From Gnetum montanum (taxonomy: Eukaryota; Plantae; Gnetophyta): a stretch of 64,000 nucleotides of DNA. Shown here one piece after another: positions 1 through 12,500 of the stretch. Where the stretch lies: positions 1,222,642 through 1,286,641 of the forward strand of contig MNCI01001825.1 of assembly GCA_015680685.1 (NCBI GenBank). The letters run 5' to 3'. The stretch's first letter is position 1. Each line of letters opens with the position of its first letter. Under the pieces are notes generated by a model. The model searched no databases, was not told the DNA's origin, and saw nothing but the letters and a program-made list of their open reading frames with translations. The position numbers and the translations under genes are program-made.

Positions 1-464
1 TCCTTGCACTCCATCTTTGGCTTACAAGGTAGACCGAGCTCCATTCTGCACTCCTTGTTAAACTGTTTTTCTTATTATTTTGTGTATGTTTCGCACAAGA
101 TAATCAGAGTCTTCCCATTGTAATTTTGTATACAAGATACTCGTTCTTTCGAGTCAAAGTATAGATCTTGAAATCACCGATTTCTCTTATATCCGATTTC
201 CTTTGTCATGTTAATGTTGTCATTATTGCAATTTATCTACATCATTTTCCTCTCCTTTTGCGATCTATCGAATCAAATCGTTCCATGAAACACCTATAAT
301 CTTCATCGATTTATTGATTTAGTAAGTCCCTGTCTGATCGATAAGATCGTTCAGGGCACTGCGGATTCGTTTTCTCCAGCACAGCCCTCGCACAGATCCG
401 TGGTTAAGACTGTGTACACAGATTTTATTTAGTATTCCAGCTGTCGACATTTTCCATCGTTATA
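1..464 (+). repeat. Element A 5' LTR (3' part only)
   Basis: Colinear with 15841-16304 at offset 15840. About 32 mismatches in 464 nt by manual count, mostly transitions. Ends TATA here versus TACA in the 3' copy. Confidence 0.97.
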
Positions 465-470
465 GTTTTC

Positions 471-487
471 TAGCGCTAGAAGGAGGG
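471..487 (+). promoter_or_regulatory. Primer-binding site, tRNA-Asn type
   Basis: TAGCGCTAGAAGGAGGG starts 7 nt after the LTR end. It is one change from TGGCGCTAGAAGGAGGG, the complement of the plant tRNA-Asn 3' end as recalled (not searched). Confidence 0.85.
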
Positions 488-714
488 CCTAGGCTCCAAT
501 TCGTATTTTTACGGGTAGCCCTGTAAGCGATCTGTACCTGCATTGCCAAAACTTAAACGTAATACCTCTAGGGAAGTTTACAAAAAGCGTGCGGTGTAGA
601 TCGGTCACAGTAACGATTCCTTTGGAATCCTACAGGGTAGAAAGCCTAATCGCGATCTTCTTTGTCCATCACTTTTTGGTTCTAATCACTTATTGCCGTT
701 AATCTGTTTGACCA

Positions 715-3700
715 ATGGATTCTGCATACACAACCACAGCTGCCATGATTACCACTGACTCGGGTGCCACATCTGTGAATCCCATCGCCGCCACTGGACC
801 AGCCTCTGGTGTTATAGGACCTCAAGGACCATCGCGTTGGTCATTGAGACTACAAGGCAAAGACCCCGTATTTACTGTTGTAACCCCTGAGGAATACAAC
901 TTCATTTGCATCAAGATTCAGGCAAAGCTTGCTCTCAGCCGAGCTGAAATTGAGGCAAAGCGAAATTTGGAGATGATCCACCAAGGGGATCAGGATTTTA
1001 CCCCTATCGCCTGCGACATCATCCCCTTGACAGGACATTACCACAAAATCATAACACAATTGGTCATGGCTAAGAGCCAGGCTACACAGTCTATGCTGGA
1101 ACCTCAGAATGGGGAGGAAGAGGAAGATGAACTTGCAGCCCAGTCCAACCATTCTTACCACACTCTCAGCCCCCATACGTACATAAATCCCCTTTTTCCT
1201 TTCATAGGAGAAGCTGCCCCTCTTAATCCAGCCATGACCATGCAAGCTCACATCCCTGTCATCCTGCAGGCCACTACACAGTCATCCATCTTACAAGTGC
1301 AAATACCCCAAAATAACATGGGGCAGTCTCGTCACCGCACGTAATCAGCATTCCTTCGGTGGTCCCAGCATCCACCATGCCCTATTTCATCCCTCAGATC
1401 CAACCCCATGCCATATCTACAACTCGCCCGGTGCAAAATCAGGCACAAATTTTATCGCTGCCGCCTCCTCTAACTCAACAGATCACAACCATCGTTCAAC
1501 CACAGACATCTATCCAACAACCCACCGCGAGTTAGTGGATCATCCACGTGGCACAACATAACCAGTCTGTGGTATATGGCGTGCAACCCTCAGTTGCACC
1601 CACAACGCATGTTCTGCAAATGGTCCCACAATATCCTTATCATCTCTATCCTACACAGCTGGCGGTGGCCAATCTCTCTTCTCAAACCGGTGGGTGGTGG
1701 TCCTCACAGGCACCTCCGTCTGCAGGGATCCCCGCTGCATCATCTGCCAGCCAAACGATCCCTCCGTTCCCTTTACCTGACGCAACTCTTGCAAGTCAAC
1801 CCCCTGCTCCCCCTACACAGACATCTTCATCAACAGGCTTAGATCAAGTATTCTTACTTATTCAAACCCTCACCGAGGAGGTTAGACGCCTTAAGGCCAT
1901 TGGTTCAGACACTATACAGATCATGGACTTCTATCAAGATGATCCTATTAGTCCAGCAATCCCCATGTTGTCGCTACCCCAGGGGATTTCCTTACCCCAT
2001 TTCACTAAATATAATGGGGAGGGAGATCCCAACGCCCACCTGGTCACCTTCAGATCTGAATCCTTGTTGCTACAACAATGGCCTCATAACAATCATCCGC
2101 GTCTTTGCGATGTCTTTGGCAGAGAAAGCTTTAGATTGGTATCGAGCCCTCCCTTGCTCCTCCATCTCAACCTTGGAAGAGCTTCTGACACAATTCGTGA
2201 CTCGCTTTAAATACAACCTAAAGCCGGAGGTCACATTAGATCAACTTATGGGAGTGAAATAGGACCCGCTCGAACCAGTCCAAAAGTTCATACAGCGATG
2301 GAGTGCTACTTTGAATGAAATCCGTGAGCCAATCATGGAGGCCCATTTGCTGGCCATATTCAAAGGAGTAGTTAATGACTTCATTAAGTCTAAGCTATAT
2401 TACCTTTCCCCTAGCTCGTTACATCAGGCCTTCGCCCAGACTAAAAGCATCCAAGATTCCACCGAGGCTAGCAAAGACCCGACATATGTCGCCTATAAGA
2501 ATGCTAACAACAAGGGTAAGGATAAAGGCAAAACAACAACAACGACGGTAGCTGCGCTGGCTGAAGGCGCTAAGAAAGAAAACAAGAAGACACCTACAGC
2601 ATCACCCGAGACCTTGGCTAGTACGAGTAGCACTAGCCAAGACACATCTGCCACTGAAAAACCCCCCCAGCCAAAACCAAACTTTGAGCGTAAAGATCGT
2701 TCAAAGTATATAGCCCTCCCTGTAAAACACTCAGAACTGTTGAAGCAACTATTAGGGGCAGGATACATTCAGCCTAAGAAGGTATCCAAAGAAGCTCTGA
2801 AGCATCACAGGCGTCATTGTGAACTGCTGAAGAATCCCTCTTTAGCCCTACCTGACGAACCACTAGTTCCGAGGTCTTTTAGGCTGGACCGCTTCTGTGA
2901 CTACCACCAGTTGTGTGGTCATGATACAGATTACTGCTGGGCATTGAAAGATGATATTCAACGCATGATTGAAGATGGTTCACTCAGACTAGATGGCAGT
3001 AGTCCAATGCATCTGAAAAACCAAGCGTTGCATGTGTACAAGAATCCATTAAACGCAAATGATGCCCTGTACACAATCAACATGGTAAGTACGGATGGTG
3101 AGAGGAAAGCACCGCCCAAACAACCTTTTGTTTTGCGTGTACCTACCAACTCACCAAGGGGGACAAGCCTTTCACCAGTAGCTAGTGGTTTCTCAAGGCC
3201 ACCCTTCATCATTCGGGCGCCTTCTCCAGATTCAACTCAGCCTTCCAGTAACAGTAAAGCCACAGCTATGTCCACGCCCACACCTAAGGTGCCTTTCATT
3301 CTCAGGGTGCCAAAATCACTGGCTGCCTCTTTTACGCAGGGGCAAGCCTCTAACACAAATCCTCAACCATCACCTAATAAACAAAAGGAAGGGGATGCGT
3401 CTAGTAATGCCATAAAAAATCACCTTACGCTAGGCTTCGCTAGGCCCAGGCCCTTGGCCTCTGTCCCTGCGTCCGTGCCTCATGGATAAGACAAGGGTAT
3501 AGAAACATAGCCACCTCCCCTTGGCAAGAAAAAGAGCATCGCTCCAGCCGATGCTGTTCCACCTCGGGAGATTCATCTCTTGGGGTGAATGGAAGAAAAC
3601 AAAGGGGACAGACAAGCCAGTAGAGAACAGGATCTCCTCGATGTGTTTACGTAGGTTAAACAGGCTCTGAAACAAAAAAATACAACTCTGAGCCTCTATG

Positions 3701-4521
3701 ACCTGCTCATGATGTCTCAAAAACACCGTGAGGCCATGGTCTGCATGCTAACATCCATACCTGTGGAGGAAAGCTTACTAGTGAAGGAGGAAGCGATACA
3801 CACTGTCATGTTTCCCTCTGACGTTGAGCGACCTAAACCTACCTCATTGACCTTTCATGATGAATCCATCAAAGATGATCCTGAGAAAGGTCAAGTGACA
3901 ACTGAACCGATGTTTATCACCATCTAGGTTGGTCAATATCAAATCCAGAGGGTGCACGTGGACGACGGTGCAGCTACAAATGTCATTCCTTATCCCATCA
4001 TGGATAGGTTGGGTCTGGTCGACCAGATCAGTCCCACAATGACAACATGTGTAAAGTCATTCAACGGAGCATGGGTTCAGGTCAAGGGGATGGTATGCAT
4101 CGAATTTGTGGCAGGGGATCAATTCCCAATGGACGCTACATTCCTTGTCGTCGAGGAGATGCTCGGGTTCAACTTAATTCTAGGGAGGCCTTGGCTAGCC
4201 CAACTGAGGGCGGTTTCATCACCAATCCATCAGGAAATACACCTACCCTATGCAGGGGAAGAGGTTGTAATACGTGGTGACAAAATCACCCCCAGGACTG
4301 TCAACAATATCGAAGAGGAATGGGGTTCGGAGATAGAAACATTGGATGATCAGACCCATCCCCGAAACCCTGAACAAACCAAAATAAATGATGACAGTCT
4401 AGCCTGGGCCAACCTGCCATTTTAGGATGATGGTGTGGAAGAGTCAGACTGCAAACCTCCCTGCCCTTACGCATCACTGAACGTAAGGGCCATCAAGAAA
4501 CAATTACGAATTAGTGATTAA
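715..4521 (+). pseudogene. gag: Element A gag-protease polyprotein (stops and frameshifts)
   Basis: Retrotransposon gag motif KYNGEGDPNAHLVTF (~2005), zinc knuckle FCDYHQLCGHDTDYCWALK (~2890) and aspartic protease VHVDDGAATNVI...NLILGRPWL (3952-4200). Homologous end to end with element B 47368-43640. Confidence 0.93.
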
Positions 4522-4744
4522 TCTGAATAGCATTTACGCGCATCTTAACGTCTTTACTAATTTTTCCTTTTACGCTTAGCAGTTTGCATTGTCAATCTTC
4601 TTTAATATATTCATACATATTTACGCTTTCTATTCATTATGCCATTCACATTTCTTTATATACGCTATTTACGCTCCTTGATCATTTTAATGCAATTACA
4701 CAGAAATGTACATTATTATCAATTACGCTTCCAAACTTACGCAT

Positions 4745-4931
4745 TGGCCCGCAACGGCCTTAAACTAGTAGTGGCCCGCAACAACCTTAAACTAGTAGTG
4801 GCCAACAACGGCCTTAAATTAGTTGTGGCCCGCAACGGCCTTAAACTAGCTATGGCCCGCAACGACCTAAAACTAGTGATGGCCCGCAACGGCCTAAAAC
4901 TAGTGACGGCCCGCAATAGCCTTAAACTAGC
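4745..4931 (+). repeat. 27-bp tandem array, 7 units (TGGCCCGCAACGGCCTTAAACTAGTAG consensus)
   Basis: Directly visible, and gives the 9-aa periodicity (VARNGLKLV) of ORF 4639-4998. Confidence 0.95.
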
Positions 4932-5122
4932 AATTCCATTTCATAGCAACGTAACTTATTCTAAACCTTTGACAACTACATTTACACTCTGCAAATAAAG
5001 ATATAAACCTAAAATAAAATAAATAGCATTTAAAACCATACAGAAGATCTTAATGCCAGTCTTTTCAACATTCATATAACCATTGTTCAATTCCAATCAA
5101 TAAAATCATGCGTAAGTTATAG

Positions 5123-8100
5123 TTACGCATCCCCCCTAGTGCCACTATCACCCATATCCCTTAGGTCAAGCTCTAAGCCTAATAAATCGTCCTCAAGTGG
5201 GCTATCCTTCTTAGAAGGTATTCCTTCGCGAGGAATGCCATCCCCACGAGGCCCTTGCTCTAATGTCGGCTCCACAAGAGGATGCTCTTCGCTATTACAC
5301 TCCTCTTCTTCTGCTTGTTCCCCACCCTGTTCACCTTGTCCCTTCAATTCTTGTACCTGTACACAGTAAATACATTAGCAAAGACTTAAACCCTTAATCA
5401 GAAAATTTAAATTCAATAATGTTTAAACTTACTCGTGACGGCCCTGCTTCCGCAGCAAAGGGAAGCTGTTCTAAACCGACCCATAGACACTGCATAATCT
5501 CATCTTCCATTAGTTCAGACCATGTGCTGTTCCCCAGAGCAGCTCCAGCCTTTACCTTCCCCTTTTCCAGACTAGTCCAGTGAGGCGGATCAGGGAAGAA
5601 AGTAGGGATAATAGTCTCGCCCCCAGGAAGAGTCATTTCTCTTTCCGGTAACGCACTTACTGTCACCTGCTCCTAAAACTTCTCAAAAGCTTGGGATGCG
5701 CCAATGACATCAAGGTATACCCGCAAGGATTGAGCTTCGATGGTAGAATCACGGTAATGCTGATGATAAGAGAGATACTCTCGCTTATACAGATGTTTGT
5801 GATCTTTTTCCTTTTGCCCCCACTCTTGCACACTTGTGCAGAAATCCTTCCAGTCTTGGATTTTTTGAGATAACAGCTCTATCTGCATCCGCTGCTCCAC
5901 CAATTCCTGACTGGTTTGCACACTGTTCCTGACTGTAGTCCAGTAGCGGGAGTAGTCAATAACAGTTGTGCACCAGTCCTCATCACCCATTTCCCACGCT
6001 TGCAGGAACTCGCATCGCGATTTTAAGTCTCTGACCTCTTTTGCCAGAGACTCCTTCTCCCTCTCTAACCTCTGCAGCCTTTTCCAGAGGTCTTCATTGA
6101 CACTCTTACTCTCCCACAAGGAGTGAGTCGAGCGTAATGCACATTTACGCATCTCCTCATAAATATTGCATGGCACGATCGCCCCGTCAGATGGTCCCAT
6201 CGAAGGTGAGCTCCTGACAGCAAACATTATCAATATAAATGAAACATTACCACTTTCTAATAAAATAAACCTATTATAGTTATAACATACCAGCTCCAGG
6301 ATCGACGCGCTTGAGGTGCTCGATCATATTGCTGACAACGCCTTCCATGAAGGCGAATTTGTCAGGAAACTCTTTCCATGTTCTACTCACAGAGACAGAC
6401 ATGGATACATCTTCTTCACCTGTAGCGTAATTTAGTTAAAAATCCTAATTATTAACAAAACTCAAGATATCCAATGTGCTTATTACCTCTGCCGGTTACA
6501 GTGGGGGGTGCGTCGACAATTCCCGCCTCCTCCCTCTCCTCACGCACAAGAGTCTGTGTGTCGCTAGTTCTAATAGCTGGGGGCTCTTCTTCCAAAACTG
6601 AGGCCCCTTCTCCATGACTTAATATCACTACCCCTGTCTCAAGGATCAACTGCTCCGTAGGTCTCACTGTTCATATCACATTCACATTTAGACAATTCAA
6701 AATATCCTAAATAGAAATTACGTAATACAATAACTTTCACCACGTTTCTTTTATGCTTACCAGGCAGAGGTTTACTCCATTGAACTCTGACTTGCATGGT
6801 TTGGCCTATGCCACTCCCAGGCTCCGCAGGGGCCTTGGTTAAGCGAAGCCTTTTACGCCAAGCCAAAGTCTCTACAATCTCTACCGCCAAGCGTTTCCCT
6901 CGCGAAGTGTCACCAGTGTAAATGGGCATCACCCCGCCTACACTGTCGGGGCCTTGCACTCGAGACGCCACCAAATCCCTTGTCGTTATAGACAGAGATT
7001 TTCCAATCCCTTCTGGGGGATCCTATCCATGGGTAGTGCTGAAAATGTGGGTAATACAAGGTTTGGATAGCTAGTCTCGGTCCTGCAACACCCTGACCCG
7101 ATTCCTCTGGATGACCAAAAATTTGGCAAAACATCGAAGGCAAGCTATGAAGAAGGCATAATGCACGTTGAAACGAGAATCAAGCTTCTGGCGAAGCCTG
7201 ATCATTTCAGTGCGTAACCCCTCAGCAAAGTAGCTTGCCGAGTCAAACTGGGTTCCTTCCTCCATAACCTCCCGCATGATACGGGTCTGTTCTATGGTGA
7301 AGAACCTCCCTTGCAAGAGTGTTTTGGGGAAAGCCCAGGCCCGAAACAGGGGATAAATTGTCTTGGCGATCTCTGGTTTGATCTTCTCACAAGGGATCCC
7401 CTTAGCCTCCTTCTTGGCCCCTAGACACTCCTCCAGCCACTCCTGACAAGCGAGGCTCCTCTTCACCTTTTCCTCTATGGGAAGGCCATCAGAGGGGATG
7501 CCGAAAATGTCTGCAAAAAGCTGAGCATCAATATCAAAACTTACACGTACGTGATGCACACACGTGCAAAAGCGCTGAGCCCTTTCGCTGAAGGAGTTGA
7601 CCAGGGTTAACATTTCACTGACGGGGACATCAGGGGTTACAGCCAAAAATAAGTGCATTAGCCTTGCTTGGCGCAGCTTGGTAACCATCGCAACCGGGGC
7701 CGTCGCATGGCCGAGCCAGCATTGTGCCTCCTTGATGTCGCAGTAGTGGAAGAGAAGGGTATTCGCCTCACGGCCGAAAATTGTAAGGGTAATCTCCTAG
7801 GATTCCTTGACTGAAAAATGCAAGACACATGTCAAAAAATACTATTACGTGACATTCACGATTCACAATCACATTATGCAATAATAAAATACACAGCAAT
7901 TTTACCAGGTCCAAATGGCAAAGGAAAGGGAGGAAGTTTCCTCTACACGTCTGCAACAGTAAGGGGCGGATCCAAAGTCCAATTGTCATGTAACCACCCG
8001 AGATTCTGGCAATTCTCAAAAGCATCAGCATAACGGGTGGGGTATTCATGAATGTCAAAGCCGATCTACCCCATTACACCAGCGCATACATTGCTAGTAG

Positions 8101-8741
8101 AGGTAAACGCCTTTATTGTCATTTCAGTCCAAGTTAAGGTATCACCATTGCCTACTAACTTGTTCTCATGGATAAAAAACCTGTACCATACCACATATGT
8201 TTATCTTACGCTTCAGACCATAGACATATAATGACAATACTGCCAATAAAACCACTTACCCCCCTGAATAATACACTGTGCCTGGTGGATTCTGGAAGTA
8301 AGTCGAGACATGATGGGCCACGAACAAAGTGTTGTATGCGTGGTAACAGCTAAATTGAGCCATTTCCAAGATCCAACTTAAGCACCTCAACCCTCTGGTG
8401 CTAAGTTCGTGGTCCTAGGGATGACCAGTGTCGATAGCCCCATCTATCAAGAAAGCTAGAATTCCCTGCGTAGAACCCACTAACAGGTGCTCCAAAATGG
8501 CGCCAGCAATATCTCTCGACAGGTGTGACTATACAATAATGCTGTAGTTATGCAGTAAAAACTACAAAAACTCCAGCGCATCCTTTCAAAACCATATGGC
8601 CCTCCCATGCAATCGAGTCTGAGGGAAAGGAACATTAGGTACGATTGGGTTTACGCAGCATAAAACCCCGACTATATCCAAGATGATTAGAATGGGTCTT
8701 AACATGATACTGTACAGAGACGATAATAAACACATCAATGT
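5123..8741 (-). pseudogene. Element A antisense multi-exon accessory gene (about 1000 codons): unknown N-terminal region, Athila-ORF/plant-transposon-domain-like core, coiled coil, acidic tail
   Basis: Exons on -: ~8741-8598, 8528-8260, 8180-7906, 7810-6761, 6666-6487, 6419-6291, 6213-5433, 5356-5123. Introns are 67-95 nt, GT..AG except the first, whose donor reads AT. Splicing joins the ORF-track fragments in frame apart from one frameshift near 6190. Several TAG stops. Exon-by-exon homology to element B 39059-42964. Further 5' exons possible up to an ATG at 9105. Confidence 0.88.
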
Positions 8742-9540
8742 CTAGATTCAGATTTGCATGCTTAAAATACAGAAAATCTACAGATTACGCTTAGCTATTC
8801 ATGCCGAAATCGCCTAAACCCTTGCAACAGTATAAGGTTTGTCCCTGACAATAGCGATAGACGCAATCCTAGTGTATAAACCCTCATGCTAACGCGAGGT
8901 CTATAGTCTAAAAATTTAATATACGCAGACGATGCTACAAGAATAAACATTGCAAAAGTAACACGAATAAGCAAGGGATGGCATACTGATTCAAAGGCGT
9001 AGGGTTTCTCACTTCGACCATTGCCTGCGAGGCATGCTACAGGCTCCCTTGCACCTCGTCAATCTTGGCCAATTTTGTGTTCTTCCCTCTCACTTTAGGC
9101 GTCATTGTTGCAGCTCTAGCACTTTCGCACCTTCATGCCTTTGCAAACAACACACTCCAATCTTCTGCTCCTCCTTTCTCTCTGTAATAGCTAAGAATTC
9201 AAATTCGCAATGGCAAACAACCTGCTCTAAATGAAAACTGCTTACTTATATGCAAAATTTAACTAACTTGATACCCGATTTCAGCGAGACTTGCCTAAAT
9301 GCTGGTGTGAGCTAGAACCTGAGGATCGAGGCATTAATTGCATCAGATATCACACGCATTACGGTCTGAAACAACCCTAAACTATTGTATCTTATCTCCT
9401 CGTAATCAGGTCTCATTAATTACAGGTTGTTCGCGAAATTTAAAATTTAGTTAGTCTTACGCTCAGTAACGTCACGTCACGTCCTATACACTAGACTAAG
9501 CATTATTCATTAAGCACTTATCACATCAAACTTAGTATCT

Positions 9541-9588
9541 TTCTAATTACTCTCGTATTTGACAATTTTGCAGGATAATTGACAAATG
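9541..9588 (+). promoter_or_regulatory. Branch point and splice acceptor immediately before the pol ATG
   Basis: TTCTAAT...TTTTGCAG|GATAATTGACAAATGG, with AG at 9572-9573 and ATG at 9586. Element B has an equivalent acceptor 10 nt before its pol ATG. Confidence 0.65.
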
Positions 9589-12500
9589 GAAAAAATTTTA
9601 TCTACACCGCTAGTTTTAACAAGCTTACACGGTGAAATCATTAGACAGCTTGATCTCACACTAATAGAAACTAACCTAGCCCTTAATGACACAATCATAG
9701 CCACGTTGAAAACATCTCTAGACTGGCCAGAGCAATCGACGCGCACGCTATATTTGGAAGCTGGAGATGTAACCGAAGATCCACTCAACGAGGTCTCTGT
9801 AGTTACGCATAGGGGTGAGACTAAAACTCTCAAGGTTAGTTCTCTATTAGACCAAAAGGCACATGACGACATAAAACAGGTCCTCCAGAATAATATCACG
9901 GTGTTTGCATGGTCATACGAGGATATGCCGAGACTAGACCCAAGATTAATTCAACACAACATAATCCTAGATCCCCATATCAAAGCCGTCAGATAGAAAG
10001 CACAAAAGATCAAGCTAGAAGTCGTGCTAGCAGTATGTGATGAAATCACTAAACTGTACCAAGCTGGTTTTATTCGTGCGGTTGATTACTCAAATTGGGT
10101 ATCTAACATTATAGTGGTTCCTAAAAAGGCCGGAGGAATACGCATATGCATAGACTTCCAGGACTTGAACAAAGCTACAATCAAAGATAACTTCCCTTTG
10201 CCAAGTATCGATCAATTAGTGGATACAACCGCTGGACATGCGCTTTTGTCCTTCATGGATGGCTTCTCAGGCTACAATCAAATATGCATCAATCCAGAGC
10301 ACCAGCTAACAACGGTATTCATGACGCCCTGGGGGACCTTTTGTTACACCATGATGCCTTTTGGCTTAAAAAACGTCGGAGCGACGTATCAACGAGCCAT
10401 GGCGTACATCTTTAGCGATTACCTCCTAGGGAGACTGAATGTTTATGTTGACGATATAGCTGTTAAGTCTATAAGGTCATAGGACCATTCAGAGGATCTG
10501 GAGTTAGTCCTTAAAAGATGTTCTAAATATGACCTTCAGCTCAACCCAAAGAAGTGTGTGTTCGGAGTCAAAACCGGACGTATGCTGGGGTTTGTGGTGT
10601 TAGAAACCAGCATACGAGTAGACCCTGATAAGGTCAAGGCCATTTTTGAATTAACAACTCCTACAAATCTTAAGCAATTACGTGGATTACAAGGGAGGTT
10701 ACAGTTTATCAAGCGGTTCATCTATAGATTAACCGACAAGTTACACCCTATGCAACATTTGCTTAGAAAGGGGGTCAATTTCGAATGGACAGAAGCGTGC
10801 ATTTGATAGCCTAAAACGGGAACTTCAATGCTTGCCAACGGTATTCCCGCCACAAAGGGATCAACCGTTCTACATTTACCTTGCAACTTTGGACGTAGCC
10901 TTAGCCACATTACTCTGTCAAAAGAGAAGTGATGGGTCAAAAGTACCCATTTACTACTTGAGTCATGCCCTATGTGCGTATGAAATGAGGTACAATGAAG
11001 TAGAGTGTAATTGCCTAGCCTTAGTGTTCATGCTAAAGAAGTGTAGGCACTATCTCTTCCGTAGTCAGGTTAACATCATCTGTAAAAACAACATTCTTAG
11101 GGCCATTACACATAACTTATACGAAAGTAGCAAAATAGCTCGTTGGAAGGCTATCACGGCGGAATTCGATTTGCATTACATTGGCCAATATTCTATGAAA
11201 GGCCAAGCGATAGCCGACCAATTAATAACATCACCTATTGACAGTCAGGCAACCATAGAGCCTGAATTTCCAGATGAACACGTACATAGTTTAAGCCCTG
11301 TTTTAATAGGCCTCGAAGCAACGTTATACTTTGATGGAGCTTCAACTATTAGAGGTGACAGCGCCACTACAGTTATTACACTATCACTTGAGGATGTGCG
11401 TCTTCACACTTATCGCTTGACCTTCCCTTGTATGAACAACGTGGCAGAGTATGAGGGGCTCCTCAGGGGATTACTAACTACCAGCGAACTCAATGTTCAA
11501 CACCTGGCAATTAGGGGTGATTCGATGCTCATCATCAATCAGATCATAGGAGTCTACGCCTGCAAGGCTGCACATTTACAGCCCTACTGCGATATGGCTA
11601 AAGATCTTCTGAAGTGGTTCACGACCATCGATGCCCAAAATGTGCCACGCAATGATAACACACTGGCCGACGCACTGGCTACACTGGCTTTGAACGTGCC
11701 TTCACACCTGTTCGACACCTGTTCCACATTAATAACAGATTGCATAGATCCCATCGTTCAGGTGGCACAAATATCCTCTCTGCTCGAGGACAGAATGCCA
11801 GAGTGGTAAGATAGCATTAAGACTTACCTCTTGCATGGCGAGCCACGGCATGAATTAACATGAGCGCAGAAAGATGCAATCCGCAAGTGAGCTAGGCAAT
11901 ATGTCATCATAGGAGACAGTACTCTCTATAGACACTCTTTTGATGGTGTGCTACTTACTTGCGTTAACAAGGACCAAGCACAACGTATAGTCGACGAGGT
12001 CCACGAGGGTTTATGCAGAGGACACATAGCACCACGGGCTATGGCTTTAAAAATCCATCGCTTAGGGTATTACTGGACATACATGGAAAAATATTGTCTA
12101 ACAAAGGTTAAACTTGTAACATGTGTTAGTGTTACGCAAATCTTATACACGTGTCACCTACAGAGTTACATACGACTTAGATAACATGGCTGTTTCAACG
12201 ATGGGGACTAGACATTATAGGTCCCATCACACCAAAATCTTCCGCAGGTCATAGCTTCATAACTACTGCCATTGAGTACATCACAAAGTGGGTAGAAGCT
12301 ATTCCTTTATGGAAGATCACATCTCAACATATTTGCCATTTCATCTTAGACAACATTGTAACCAGATTTGGTCTCCCGATGACTATCGTGACCGATAATG
12401 GGCCACAGTTTAGTAGTACAGAAACCAAATCCTTCTGTGATAGCCTTGGCATTAAACAATCTTTTTCCTCACCCTATTACCCACAAGCAAATGTTCAAGC

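Noticed and set aside
850-3726. Minus-strand ORFs overlapping gag (850-1251, 2493-2768, 2958-3212, 3430-3726) and similar ones opposite pol
   Set aside because: These are shadow ORFs of the coding strand with no independent motifs.
4639-4998. ORF with 9-aa repeats (VARNGLKLV)
   Set aside because: It is a by-product of the 27-bp DNA array and has no counterpart ORF in element B.
5123-8741. Antisense gene as an unrelated host gene or nested transposon inserted into element A
   Set aside because: The homolog sits at the same position and relative orientation in the diverged element B, and I saw no TSD, TIR or LTR around it.
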